Part shown: piece after piece, positions 32,233-42,000 of the stretch | Layout of the letters: every line of letters begins with the position of its first letter | Numbering within the stretch: position 1 is the stretch's first letter | Assembly (NCBI GenBank): GCA_965223845.1 | Contig: CBDCXR010000004.1 | Span: forward strand, 6,720,001 to 6,784,000 | Origin: Planctomycetota bacterium | GTDB lineage: Bacteria; Planctomycetota; UBA8108; SXIK01 | DNA: 64,000 bases | Direction of reading: 5' to 3' | Notes under the pieces: generated by a model | Databases searched by the model: none | What the model saw: the letters and a program-made list of their open reading frames with translations, nothing else | What the model was told of the DNA's origin: nothing | Translations under genes and position numbers: made by a program

Positions 32233-33639
32233 ATGAGTGAGCGGCCGAAGCGACGACCGCGGGCCGTCGCGGTCCTCTCCCTGTGCACCGTCCTCGTGGT
32301 CGGACTCGCGTTCGCTGCGAGTTGGCCGAGTCTCTCCGCGTACTGGAGTGCGCATCGACTCGCTCAGATCGAGAACGAAGACGATTGGCGCGCGAAGTTG
32401 GACGCGCTCGCGGACGGACGCGTCGTTCGCGTGCTCCCCTTGGTCGCGCAATCGGTTCTCGACGGACCTCGGGCGCCGGTGCCGCCTCAGTTTGATATGG
32501 CTTGTGCGGTCGAGCCCGCGGTCGTCGCGGACCGCTGGCCGCGCCTCGTCTACTTCGATGCGCTCATGCGCGAGCGAAAGTTCGGTCCGGGCGCCGTCGC
32601 GGCGCTCGGTCGGCTTTCGCGAGACGGTCGCTCTCAGGTGCGGGCGTGGGCGGCGCGGTGGCTCGGTGATGTCGCTCGAGCCGACGCGGACTCGGCGCAC
32701 GCGATCGTCCTCGCCATGATCGGGGACGACGATCTCGTCGTGCGGGAGTGCGCGGCGCGCGCGCTCGGAAAGCTCTCCCGATCGCCGCTCTCTCGCATCG
32801 AGATTCTCGGCGATCGCCTCGCGCGCGCGAAGACCGTAGAGGAGGCGACAGCGTTCGCTGACGTGCTCGCGGTGGTGGTCACTGAAGTTGTCCGGGAAGA
32901 CAGCCTCGAGCGACTCGAGGCCGCTTTGCGCGCGTTCGGGATGGGGCGCGAGATCGCACGGGGCGATCTCGTTGGGCCGGTCGTCGACGCTCTCGTGAGA
33001 TCCAATCCGACTCCCGGCCTCGAGTTCAATCTCCGCACGCGCTGGACGGACCATTCGACGCATGTCGAGAGGAGCATCGACCGCGTGGCGGCGCTCTGGG
33101 CCGACGAGGAGGCGCGATGGCTGCGCGCTTCGTCGCGCGAGGTCCGAAACGCTGCCCTCACTGTCTTCAACACGCGTGGAGTTCGCTCGGGCGACGCGAT
33201 CGAACTCGTTTCGCCGTTCCTCGTGGACCCGGATCCCGCGGTGCGCCGACAGGCGGTCGAGTGGATCGGGCAGCAGGACGAAACCGATCGCGTCCTTCGC
33301 GTCCTCCGGCGAGAGCTCGAGAGCGACGATTCCGGGCGGAGCGCCGCCGCTGCGATCGCGATCGCCACGTACATTCAATTCGGAAACGATGATTCCCCCG
33401 GTCGCGGATTCTACTCGAGTGCGTCGGAAGAGGACTCGCGGGCGCTCGTCCGCGCGATCGCCGCGGCGCTCGGAGACCTCGCGGGCCACAGCGCGCACGA
33501 GCACCTCATCGGTGCGCTCGAATGGTTCGGCGACGAATCGGGACCGGCGGCGGGAGCGCTACGCGCGATCGCTGAAGGAGAGGACGAATTCCTCGCCGAC
33601 CGAGCTCGACACGTGCTGCGCGCGCTCGGGGTCCCGTAG
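32233..33639 (+). CDS. membrane-anchored HEAT-repeat protein
   Basis: N-terminal TM segment; repeats such as 'DGRSQVRAWAARWLG', 'DDDLVVRECAARALG' and 'DPDPAVRRQAVEWIG'. Confidence 0.7.
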   Translation: MSERPKRRPRAVAVLSLCTVLVVGLAFAASWPSLSAYWSAHRLAQIENEDDWRAKLDALADGRVVRVLPLVAQSVLDGPRAPVPPQFDMACAVEPAVVADRWPRLVYFDALMRERKFGPGAVAALGRLSRDGRSQVRAWAARWLGDVARADADSAHAIVLAMIGDDDLVVRECAARALGKLSRSPLSRIEILGDRLARAKTVEEATAFADVLAVVVTEVVREDSLERLEAALRAFGMGREIARGDLVGPVVDALVRSNPTPGLEFNLRTRWTDHSTHVERSIDRVAALWADEEARWLRASSREVRNAALTVFNTRGVRSGDAIELVSPFLVDPDPAVRRQAVEWIGQQDETDRVLRVLRRELESDDSGRSAAAAIAIATYIQFGNDDSPGRGFYSSASEEDSRALVRAIAAALGDLAGHSAHEHLIGALEWFGDESGPAAGALRAIAEGEDEFLADRARHVLRALGVP

Positions 33640-33858
33640 CGGCGACGGCTCGGCGGAGGAGAACGTCACCGCGAACGACGCGAACTAGGAGCAGAGATGT
33701 GAGAGCGACGATCGCCCGACGAGGTCGAAGCGTCAGGTCGTCGCCCCGTTCTGAGCCCTTCGCGCTCCACCAGTCGTCGAGGAGTCCACGCGCGCGAGAC
33801 GTTCCGAAAACTCTCGGCGACCCGAGCCCGCCGGGAATTCGTCATCGTACTCTTCTCC

Positions 33859-34518
33859 ATGAGCACCACTCCGCGCCGACTCCTCGACCGGATGTTCGAA
33901 CGCGCGCAGGGCCCGGCCGTTGCGGCGGCGTTTCCTGCGGTCGCGCTCGCGTGCGTGTTCCTCGTCCTTTTGACCGATTATCTTCTCGGAACGAAGCTCC
34001 GCTTTCCCGGTCGCGAGTTCTTTGCTGCCTGGTGGTTTCTCGAGCTCGGTTCGCTGTGGAGCTTTCCGCTGCTCAATCTAATTCAGCGCTGGAGCGGTCC
34101 TCGCGGCGTCGCCACGACGGTCGTCGTCGTGCTCCCGGTGTTGATCGCTACACTCGTCGTTCCGGCTGTTCTGTTCGACATCACCGCGCTTCTCGGAATC
34201 ACGTACCTTCTTCTTTTCGTCTTCCACAAAGCGGTGTCGTTCTACTGCACGATGTCGTCTACGACCGGCCGCGAGAGCGTCCTCTGTCGAGCGATGGTGA
34301 CCGGGTTCGCGTGGCTGTTCTCGGTTCTCCTCGGTGGCCTGCTCGTCCTCATCGCCAAGATCGCGCTGCCGATCGCTGTCCTGAGTGACGACGGAGTCAT
34401 CGTCGGAGCCATGCTCGCGTCCGGAGCGATCTACTTCTCTCTCCACGCGGCGCTCGAGCTCATGCTGCCGCGCTTCGGAGTGACCACGCCGGTCGGTGCG
34501 AGATTCTCTGCGTCGTAG
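33859..34518 (+). CDS. hypothetical integral membrane protein
   Basis: About 6 hydrophobic helices. Confidence 0.7.
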   Translation: MSTTPRRLLDRMFERAQGPAVAAAFPAVALACVFLVLLTDYLLGTKLRFPGREFFAAWWFLELGSLWSFPLLNLIQRWSGPRGVATTVVVVLPVLIATLVVPAVLFDITALLGITYLLLFVFHKAVSFYCTMSSTTGRESVLCRAMVTGFAWLFSVLLGGLLVLIAKIALPIAVLSDDGVIVGAMLASGAIYFSLHAALELMLPRFGVTTPVGARFSAS

Positions 34519-34829
34519 CCTCCGAACGCGAGAGTCTCGTCGATCGGGTCGGCGCGCTGCGACCTGGTGAGCCGCTGATCGGTCCCGTCGCGCAATCGAC
34601 CGGCCGCTTGCCGGCCGGCGAGGGGGATCAGGAGAGTCCTGATAGAACGCCCTCGCGGCCCCGTCTAAACTTCGGGTGTTGCGCGAGGGACACTCGCGGA
34701 AACGGACTCCCGCGCGACGGAGATGACGCCGTCGCAAGCGGGGTCCAACCGCGATCCGAGAGCGCTCGAGAAAGCTAAAGAAGAGAGGCGGGCGCGACTC
34801 CCGCACGATGGAGCAGCATTCGATTGCCC

Positions 34830-35066
34830 ACAACTGCCCCGGGGCCGGGGCCTTTCGGGGTCCCGGCCTTTTCAAGCCTCCGAGCGGAGTGAGCGAGCCA
34901 TGCGGCGCGCTATCGAGCTCGGCTTGATCGCCCGAGGGCTCGAGTTCGACCAGAACTGTCCACAACTGCCCCGGGGCCGGGGCCTCTTGAGGTCCCGGCC
35001 TTTTATCCGCGAGTCTACAACTGCCCCGGAGGTCGGAGTCCTTGTGGCTCCGGCCTCTTTCTTTTT
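34830..35066 (+). repeat. three direct-repeat cassettes: ACAACTGCCCCGG + GC hairpin + U tract
   Basis: 13-mer at 34830, 34962 and 35017, each immediately followed by a terminator-like hairpin and T run. Confidence 0.85.
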
Positions 35067-35157
35067 CGCGGGGTGACGGCGTTCGCGATCGGTGACCGCG
35101 CGGCCGACGACGCGGGGTGACTCGACGAAAGAGACCGATCGACCTGGACTGCGTTCC

Positions 35158-35199
35158 GGAGACCGACCCACGCTTCGGCTGGTCGGTCTCCCTTTTTTT
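35158..35199 (+). terminator. intrinsic terminator
   Basis: GGAGACCGACC / GGTCGGTCTCC stem followed by T7. Confidence 0.75.
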
Positions 35200-35358
35200 C
35201 GCGGCGCAAGGGACTCGGAAGTCGTTCGCGCAGAGAGTCGCGCTCGACGCGCCTCGGGCGCCGTGCGAAGATCGAGCGATTCACACGGAGGGTCGAGAGC
35301 CAGCGCGCACGTTTGCGGCATGCCGTCTCGCCCGCACTCGGATCGGCGAGGTCGAGAG

Positions 35359-38241
35359 ATGCGAGTTTTCGCGACGATGGTTGCCTTGAGCCTCATCGGG
35401 ACGGCGTCGGCCGCCGATTGGCCGATGTGGCGCGCCGATTCCGGCCGAAGCGCCCGGACGGCGGAGTCCCTTCCCGCGGAGCTCGCGCTCCGGTGGACGC
35501 GGCAGCTTCCGGCCCCCGCACCGGCATTCCGCAGCTCCCGGCTGCAGTTCGACCGCGTCGACGAGCCGATCGTCGTCGGAACGAGTGTGGTCGTCGGCTC
35601 GGCTCGCACCGGGAGCGTGACCGCGCTCGATACGACGTCCGGCGAGGTAAGGTGGCGGACGTACACCGACGGGCCGGTCCGGTTCGCGCCGGCGGCGTGG
35701 CGAGATCGCCTCTTCGTGGGATCGGACGACGGGCAGCTCTACTGTCTGCGCGCGAAGGACGGAGCCGCGCTCTGGAGATTTCGCGCCGTACCTTCGGGTC
35801 GGTCGGTGCTCGGGAACGGACAGTGGATTTCGCTCTGGCCGATCCGCGGCGGCCCCGTCGTCCACGACGATCGCGTGTACTTCGCCGCGGGAGTGTGGGC
35901 GTTCGAGGGCGTCTTCGTCTACGCTCTCGACGCCGCGAGCGGCGACGTCGTTTGGATGAACGACCGCACCGGCTCGATCTACGGCCAGCAGCCGCACCGC
36001 GCGGAGGGATTCAGCGGACTTTCGCCCCAGGGCTACCTGGTCGTTCACGGCTCCGAGCTAGTCGTTCCGTGCGGGACGGCCTACCCGGCGCGCTTCGATC
36101 TCGCGACGGGCGTGCTCCGCGAGTTCGCCCTCCCTTCTCAGAGTCGACTTCCCGGCGGTTGGTTCGCCGCGTCGGACAGCGCGGAGGCGAAGGCTCGTCG
36201 GCGCGGCGAGCTCGTCTTCGATTCGGCGGTGAACGCAGAGGACCACGAAGATCGCCCCATGCGCGGCCGGGGATCGGTCGGCGCACAGTCGACGATTCGG
36301 GTCGGCGAGAGAACGATTTCACTTCGCGACGAGCTGCCGGGCGTCGACGGCGATGTGCAGAGTCTCGTCGCGGGGGACGGGAAACTCTTCGCCGCGACGG
36401 GCGACGGTAGGATTCATTGCCTCGCTGCGGGTTCCGATCGAACGCATCGGATCGAACTCGAGCGGACTCCGCTCCCCGAGCCTTCGTCCGCTGAGGCGGC
36501 GCGCGCGAAATCTCTCGTCGCGGCGGCTCGATCGCGCGACGGTTTCGCATTCGTCTTCGGCGCGCCGGCGGAAGGCTTTCTCGGCGCGCTCATCGAAGAA
36601 TCGCGTTTCCGTTTCGTCGTGTTCGAATCCGACGTCGAGCGCGCGGACTCGCTTCGCCGCGCTCTCGAGGGCGCGGGACTCCTCGGCGATCGCGTTTCGG
36701 TGGTGACGAGGCCCGTCGCAGAGACCGAGTTTCCACCGTACGCCGCCGAGCTCGCGATCTTCGGTCGCGGTCTGCCGCCCGCGGAGTTCGACGCCGATCC
36801 ATGGTTCGCTCGAATCCTTCCGCTCCTCCGGCCGTACGGCGGAACGGCGGTGTTCCCCCTCCGCGGGGCGGATCCTCGCGAGCTCGCCGCGAGCTGGAAC
36901 GAAGGCGGTCGTGAGCGTTACTCGTTCACTTCGGAGAACCAGCGCTTGCTCGTTCGGCGCGAGGGTGCGCTTCCGGGCGCAACGGACTACCGCGGGGGCT
37001 GGTCGAGTGCCGACGAGCGCGTGCGCGCTCCGCTCGGCGTGCTCTGGTTCGGCGACGAGCTCGGGCACTTCAAGCGGTCGCCTCAACCTCAGTTCCTCAG
37101 CGGGGTGATGGTCTCGCGTCCGAAGGACTGGCGGAGCAAGGTGCGGCGCGGAAAGGGATACGTCCTCGCGCCGGCGACGTTCAGTGACGTCTACACCGGT
37201 CGCATTCTCCACGAAAGCGAAGCGCAGGAGGTGCGAGCGGAGTTTGCGCATGCCGTCGACGCTCCGCAGCCATCCCAGTACCGACCGCCGACGCAAACCG
37301 ACGCGTGGAAGCCCCCGCCGCCCGTCGCCGGCGAGCGCGTGAATCCGCTCACGGGAAAGAAGGAGCCGCGCGCCTTTCCGAAGAGCTACGGCTGCGATGG
37401 CGGGATCGACTACGGCTTCGTCTACACGATGCGCTCGGCTACGCCGGCCTATTACGACAAGACCATCGAGAGCGGAACGATCAACATCAGCGGGCCGCGT
37501 TCGGGCTGCACGAACAGCAGCGTCCCCGCAGCGGGTCTTTTGAACGTTCCTTACTTCTACGAAGGCTGTACGTGCAGCTATCCGCTGCCATCGGGTCTCG
37601 CGCTCGTTGCGATGCCCGAAGTGCACGAACAGTGGAGTGCGTGGGGGCCGTCGAGTGAAGGAAGGATCGAGAGAGTCGGCTTCAACTTCGGTGCGCCGGG
37701 CGACCGCGTGACGCGCGACGGCACGCTGTGGCTCGACGTCCCGAGCGTCGGCGGGCCTTCTCCGGCGGTCGATGTCACGCTCGAGCCGGCACTCGGAAGC
37801 GATGCGATCGGCTACCGGTATCGCCACGCGACGTGGATCGAAGGCGGACGGGGCTGGCCTTGGGTCGCGGCGTCCTGGGCTCAAGACGTCGGCAAGGCGA
37901 CGGTGCGCGGACTCCGTCCCGGAGCGTATACCGCGAGACTCTACTTCACTCACCCTCCCGTTCCGACGGTGATCGATGTGAACGTGGGCGGTGTGGTGCT
38001 CGAGGCGCTGAACCTGGACGCCGAGACGGGTGGACGCTTCCGTTCGATCGTGAAGGAGCTGCGCGATGTGACCGCCGACGCGAGTGGGACCATCGAGGTC
38101 GCTCTCACGGCGCGTTTCGGCATCCCGGTATTGAGCGGGCTCGAGCTCGTCGCGGAGGGACTCTCTCCCGGGGCCGTGCCGAACCTCCGTCAGCGAGACG
38201 TGACTCAGCTCTCGAGCTCAAGCGTCGAGCGCGGTCAGTAG
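35359..38241 (+). CDS. secreted PQQ-like beta-propeller protein with methyltransferase-like and malectin-like domains
   Basis: Signal peptide + ADWPMWRADSGR; propeller repeats (ALD..SGEV.W, VGSDDG.LYCL); Cys motif GCTN..GCTCSYP; C-terminal YTARLYF...VLSGLEL. Confidence 0.8.
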   Translation: MRVFATMVALSLIGTASAADWPMWRADSGRSARTAESLPAELALRWTRQLPAPAPAFRSSRLQFDRVDEPIVVGTSVVVGSARTGSVTALDTTSGEVRWRTYTDGPVRFAPAAWRDRLFVGSDDGQLYCLRAKDGAALWRFRAVPSGRSVLGNGQWISLWPIRGGPVVHDDRVYFAAGVWAFEGVFVYALDAASGDVVWMNDRTGSIYGQQPHRAEGFSGLSPQGYLVVHGSELVVPCGTAYPARFDLATGVLREFALPSQSRLPGGWFAASDSAEAKARRRGELVFDSAVNAEDHEDRPMRGRGSVGAQSTIRVGERTISLRDELPGVDGDVQSLVAGDGKLFAATGDGRIHCLAAGSDRTHRIELERTPLPEPSSAEAARAKSLVAAARSRDGFAFVFGAPAEGFLGALIEESRFRFVVFESDVERADSLRRALEGAGLLGDRVSVVTRPVAETEFPPYAAELAIFGRGLPPAEFDADPWFARILPLLRPYGGTAVFPLRGADPRELAASWNEGGRERYSFTSENQRLLVRREGALPGATDYRGGWSSADERVRAPLGVLWFGDELGHFKRSPQPQFLSGVMVSRPKDWRSKVRRGKGYVLAPATFSDVYTGRILHESEAQEVRAEFAHAVDAPQPSQYRPPTQTDAWKPPPPVAGERVNPLTGKKEPRAFPKSYGCDGGIDYGFVYTMRSATPAYYDKTIESGTINISGPRSGCTNSSVPAAGLLNVPYFYEGCTCSYPLPSGLALVAMPEVHEQWSAWGPSSEGRIERVGFNFGAPGDRVTRDGTLWLDVPSVGGPSPAVDVTLEPALGSDAIGYRYRHATWIEGGRGWPWVAASWAQDVGKATVRGLRPGAYTARLYFTHPPVPTVIDVNVGGVVLEALNLDAETGGRFRSIVKELRDVTADASGTIEVALTARFGIPVLSGLELVAEGLSPGAVPNLRQRDVTQLSSSSVERGQ

Positions 38242-38856
38242 ATCGTCCGCGGTCCGGCGCTCTTGTCCGTCGACGCGGACGTGGTATTCGAGCCGAGTCG
38301 ATGCGCCGCGCGCGGTGACTTCGCGCGCCGCGTCGCCGTAGAGTCGATCGAGCAGAGCGGCGACGGCCGGGCGGATCGCGGCGTCGTTCTCCTCGCTCTT
38401 CGGCGACAACACGCGGTCGTTGATCGCGATCGAGAGCTCGGACGCGTTCGCTCTCGCCGCGTCTCGAAGCTCCGGCTCACCGAGGAGACGGATGGTCTTC
38501 TCGAGGAGGAGCCTCGCCGCGGCGATGAGGCGTTCTTCCGAGTTCGCTCCGCTCAACTTTCGCCGAGTCGACAGAAGAACACCGGGCTGTGCGTCCGCCC
38601 AGTCGACGGAGAGCACCCAGCGCTTGCTCACGAGAACGACGCCGGGGCCGTTCGTCACGTGGCTGTAGTCCTGAAGATCGATGACCTCTTCGCCCGTGTC
38701 GTCACGCCATCTTCCGAACACGGCGAGGAGGCGGTCACAGATGCCGTCCTGGCCGATTTCGGCCGGCACGTCGAGCCCGAGCTTGAGATCGTATTTTTGG
38801 AGTCCGGCCTCGAGGAGGCGCTCAGTCGGAGTCTTTCCCGACGCGGGGGCATTCAC
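38218..38856 (-). CDS. conserved hypothetical protein downstream of the nitrite/sulfite reductase
   Basis: VF.RW...EVIDLQDYSHVTNGPGVVL...INDR pattern; co-oriented with the reductase. Confidence 0.7.
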   Translation of the reverse strand: MNAPASGKTPTERLLEAGLQKYDLKLGLDVPAEIGQDGICDRLLAVFGRWRDDTGEEVIDLQDYSHVTNGPGVVLVSKRWVLSVDWADAQPGVLLSTRRKLSGANSEERLIAAARLLLEKTIRLLGEPELRDAARANASELSIAINDRVLSPKSEENDAAIRPAVAALLDRLYGDAAREVTARGASTRLEYHVRVDGQERRTADDLLTALDA

Positions 38857-39019
38857 GGATCGAAGTCCTCGGTTGAGACGAAAGTTCTTTCTGTCCTAGT
38901 TGCCCCGTTCCTCGATTCCTTCTCGGGCGGCCCGCCCACTCGCGCGGTTCTCCGGGCAGCCGGAGACCGATCAAGGGGAGCCATCGGGAACGGGTGGGAG
39001 TCTCAGACACGACTCCACG

Positions 39020-41176
39020 TCACTTCACCATCGCCGCGCCACCGAGGCGTCCGTAGACGACCTGCGACTCTTCGGTGAAGAGGTTCGCTTCCTCGCAGAG
39101 TTTGCGCGCCCGATCGGCGTCCACCGCGTCGAGGTCGACTTCGCTCGCTCGGAAGAAGTACTCGGCTACCCCCGGAATGAAGTTTCCCGCGTCGAAGAAT
39201 CGCGAGCGGAACTCGCCGACGCGGTCGAAATCATCGGTGAGGAAGAGGCCGACCGCGGTAAGCAGGGCGTCGGCCGCCGTATTCATCGCCTTGAACGCCG
39301 ATTTCGCCGCGTCCGCGTGAGCGCCCGCCTCGAGGTGGAGCAGCGCGTCGTCGACGAACCGTTCGGCGTCGTCGAGGAGGAACTCCGACTGCGTGACGAC
39401 CTCGCCCGCGCACTCACCCTTCCCGACGTCCTTTACGTACTGCCACGGCTGGCGATTGTCGGAGTAGAACGCCGGTTCGTCGCCGATCGCGGCGAACTCG
39501 TCGAGCTCCGCCTTGAGCCGAGCTTTGCCGAGCCGGTTCATGCAGTCGCGAAACGACTCTCCGTCACTCTTTTCCGAGTCGTAGAGCGCAGTCAGCTTCG
39601 CGACGGCATCCGGTGCGCGGTGCGCGGCGATCTTTCCCGCCATGAGTCCGTACGACTCGCCGTTCTTCTCCGCGGTGCCGCCGAGGATGACTTGAAAGAG
39701 CGGTGCGACGCGCCCTCCCTTACTCTTCGACGTCCCGAAAAAGCCGATGTTCGCGATGTGATGCTGCCCGCAGGAATTGAAGCAGCCGCTCATCTTGATC
39801 GAAATGTCCTTCCGGGGTGTCCCGTCCGCCTCGGTGATCCCGTTTCCCTGCTCGACGGCGTCCAAGTACTGGCGGTGGAGGATTCCCGCGAGTCCGCGGG
39901 ATGACGCGATCCCGAGCTTGCACGAGTCCGTGCCCGGGCAGGCGGTGATGTCCGCAATGCTGCCGGCGAGCGGGAGAGCGAGGTGAATCGTCTTCAGATC
40001 CTCGTAGAGCTCGGGAAGGCGGGCGTTCGAGATCCAGCGCAGCATGAAGTTCTGCTCGACCATGGTGCGAAGCGTTCCGCGGGTGTACTTGCGCAGGATC
40101 GTCGCGAGGCCGCGGAGCTGCATCGCAGTGAGGTCGCCGAGCGGAAGAAAGACCGTTACGTGCGAGTAACCGGCGTGCTTCTGCGCAGCGGTATTCGTCT
40201 TCAGCCACGCGCGGAATCCGTCGCTCAGATTCGGAGCGTCCGGATCGAGCTCGGAAGGTTCATCGAGCGGCTCGTCGCGGAATTGCTCGAGCTCGATCTC
40301 CGCGGGCGCGTCCGCGTCGGCCGAAAGCTTCGCGCGCTCGGCTTCGACGGCTTCGCGGAACGCGTCGATGCCCATTTTTTCGACGAGGAACTTCATCCGC
40401 GCCCGGGCGCGATTCTTCTTTTCGCCGTGCGCGGCAAAGACGCGCGCGATCGCCTGGGCGAGCGAGAGCATTTCGTCCGCGGGAACGAACTCGCTGTAGA
40501 GGCGAGCTTGATGCGGCACAGCACCGAGGCCACCACCGACGTAGACCTGGAAGCCGCGTACGACTTCGCCGTCGACCGTCTCGGTCGCTGCGACCGCACC
40601 GATGTCGTGCATGCGTGCGAGCCCGCAGGGCTGATCCGCGCAGCCCGAGTACGCGATCTTGAACTTGCGGCCGAAGTTCTGTGCGTCGGGATGCCGGAGA
40701 AGATAGTACGCCATCGCTGCGGCGTAGGGCGTTACGTCGAACACTTCCGTCGAGCAGGCACCCGAGTAGGGGCAGGCCGTGACGTTCCGGACCGTGTTCC
40801 CGCAGGCTTCGCGCGTCGTGATCCCGACGGCGGCGAGCCGGCGCATGACGTTCGGCGTATCGAGGATGTCGACGTAGTGGAGCTGAAAGTCCTGACGCGT
40901 CGTGATGTGAGCGATCCCGACGGAGTACTCTTCCGAGATCTCCGCGAGCGCGTCGAGCTGCTCGGCGTTCGCGATTCCGAGCGGAATCTTGATGCGAAGC
41001 ATCTGAACGCCTTCCTGGCGCTGTCCGTAGACTCCGTGCCGGAGGCGAAACTCGAGGAAGACCTTCTCGGGCATCTTCTCGTCGAGGAAGCGGCCGAGCT
41101 CGGTCTCGAAGGTGTCGATCTCGCTCCGGAACGGCTCGGCGAGATGGGTCCAGGGGGTGTCGGTGGAGTGGGACAT
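39020..41176 (-). CDS. ferredoxin-type nitrite/sulfite reductase (siroheme, 4Fe-4S) with a C-terminal helical (HEPN-like) extension
   Basis: RLRHGVYGQRQ, MLRIKIP, HITTRQ, GNTVRN, RKFK, ACPGTDSC...SGCFNSC siroheme/4Fe-4S ligands. Confidence 0.92.
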   Translation of the reverse strand: MSHSTDTPWTHLAEPFRSEIDTFETELGRFLDEKMPEKVFLEFRLRHGVYGQRQEGVQMLRIKIPLGIANAEQLDALAEISEEYSVGIAHITTRQDFQLHYVDILDTPNVMRRLAAVGITTREACGNTVRNVTACPYSGACSTEVFDVTPYAAAMAYYLLRHPDAQNFGRKFKIAYSGCADQPCGLARMHDIGAVAATETVDGEVVRGFQVYVGGGLGAVPHQARLYSEFVPADEMLSLAQAIARVFAAHGEKKNRARARMKFLVEKMGIDAFREAVEAERAKLSADADAPAEIELEQFRDEPLDEPSELDPDAPNLSDGFRAWLKTNTAAQKHAGYSHVTVFLPLGDLTAMQLRGLATILRKYTRGTLRTMVEQNFMLRWISNARLPELYEDLKTIHLALPLAGSIADITACPGTDSCKLGIASSRGLAGILHRQYLDAVEQGNGITEADGTPRKDISIKMSGCFNSCGQHHIANIGFFGTSKSKGGRVAPLFQVILGGTAEKNGESYGLMAGKIAAHRAPDAVAKLTALYDSEKSDGESFRDCMNRLGKARLKAELDEFAAIGDEPAFYSDNRQPWQYVKDVGKGECAGEVVTQSEFLLDDAERFVDDALLHLEAGAHADAAKSAFKAMNTAADALLTAVGLFLTDDFDRVGEFRSRFFDAGNFIPGVAEYFFRASEVDLDAVDADRARKLCEEANLFTEESQVVYGRLGGAAMVK

Positions 41177-41676
41177 CGTGCGTGCCTATTGGCCGGTGAT
41201 GGGCGAGCGATGAAGCGGCGCGTCCAGGAGATCGGCGTTCGAAGCGAATCCGAGGGAATCGTCCTCGAGCCGACGGATCGACGCGCGCGCGTCGAGCGAT
41301 GGACCGTCGTCGGAGTTTGCCCGGATCCGGACCACCGCGCTGGCGGCGCGCTGGGCCGAGACGTCCGGGCTACGTACAGGTACAGGACTGTCTACGACTG
41401 TACCGGCTCCGCCGGAGGGGGAGTGCGTTCGAGTCTCGAATCGTCGCGGATTTCGTCATCGCTTCGCGAGATCGTCGCCGATCAGCGGCCCGGAGGCTCT
41501 CGCCGAAGGGTCGCTCAAAGGCGCTGGCGGACGGTCGCAGCGGACGGGAAGCACCGGTGGCGGATCGGCCGTCGAGGATCGCTGCATCTCATAGCGGTAT
41601 ACATGCTTAGGCGGCGAAAGTCCAGCCGCGCAGCGGGTCCGTTGCGGCACTCTGGTGGAGCGGGTACCATCGCCGT

Positions 41677-41976
41677 ATGGGCCTCGCCGAGTGGAATAAC
41701 CTAAAGAATACCAAGCACTTCGAAGATCTGCTCGAGTTCCCCTGCTCGTTCTCGATCAAGGTCGTGTGCCGGACCGGCGGGTGGGTGCGCCAGGCCCTCG
41801 AGGAGGCGCTCGTCGGCGTCTCGCCGGACCCGGTCCCGCAGTTCATCGACGAGCGGCTCTCCGCGCACGGAAAGTACGTATCGTGCACGATTCGCCTAGA
41901 GGTGGAGTCGGCGAATCACCTCCGCGCGTGCTACCGCGTGCTCGAGCCGCTGCAGTTCGTCCGCTGGGCGATCTAA
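41677..41976 (+). CDS. YbeD/DUF493 family protein
   Basis: LLEFPCSFSIKV...SAHGKYVSCTI...Y..L. Confidence 0.8.
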   Translation: MGLAEWNNLKNTKHFEDLLEFPCSFSIKVVCRTGGWVRQALEEALVGVSPDPVPQFIDERLSAHGKYVSCTIRLEVESANHLRACYRVLEPLQFVRWAI

Positions 41977-42000
41977 GCGAACGTCGGTCGGGAGCCGCGT

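Noticed and set aside
34830-35066. Possible mini-CRISPR array
   Set aside because: Irregular period (132 and 55 bp), repeats end in terminator U tracts, and no cas genes; reported instead as a regulatory RNA candidate.
34723-35076. 117-aa ORF spanning the repeat cassettes
   Set aside because: The third repeat is read in a different frame, and the conservation pattern fits RNA structure rather than protein.
41610-41630. GAAAGTCC resembling the RNase P RNA P4 motif
   Set aside because: Lacks the GAGGAAAGTCC context and the other conserved regions, and a CDS starts about 50 bp later.
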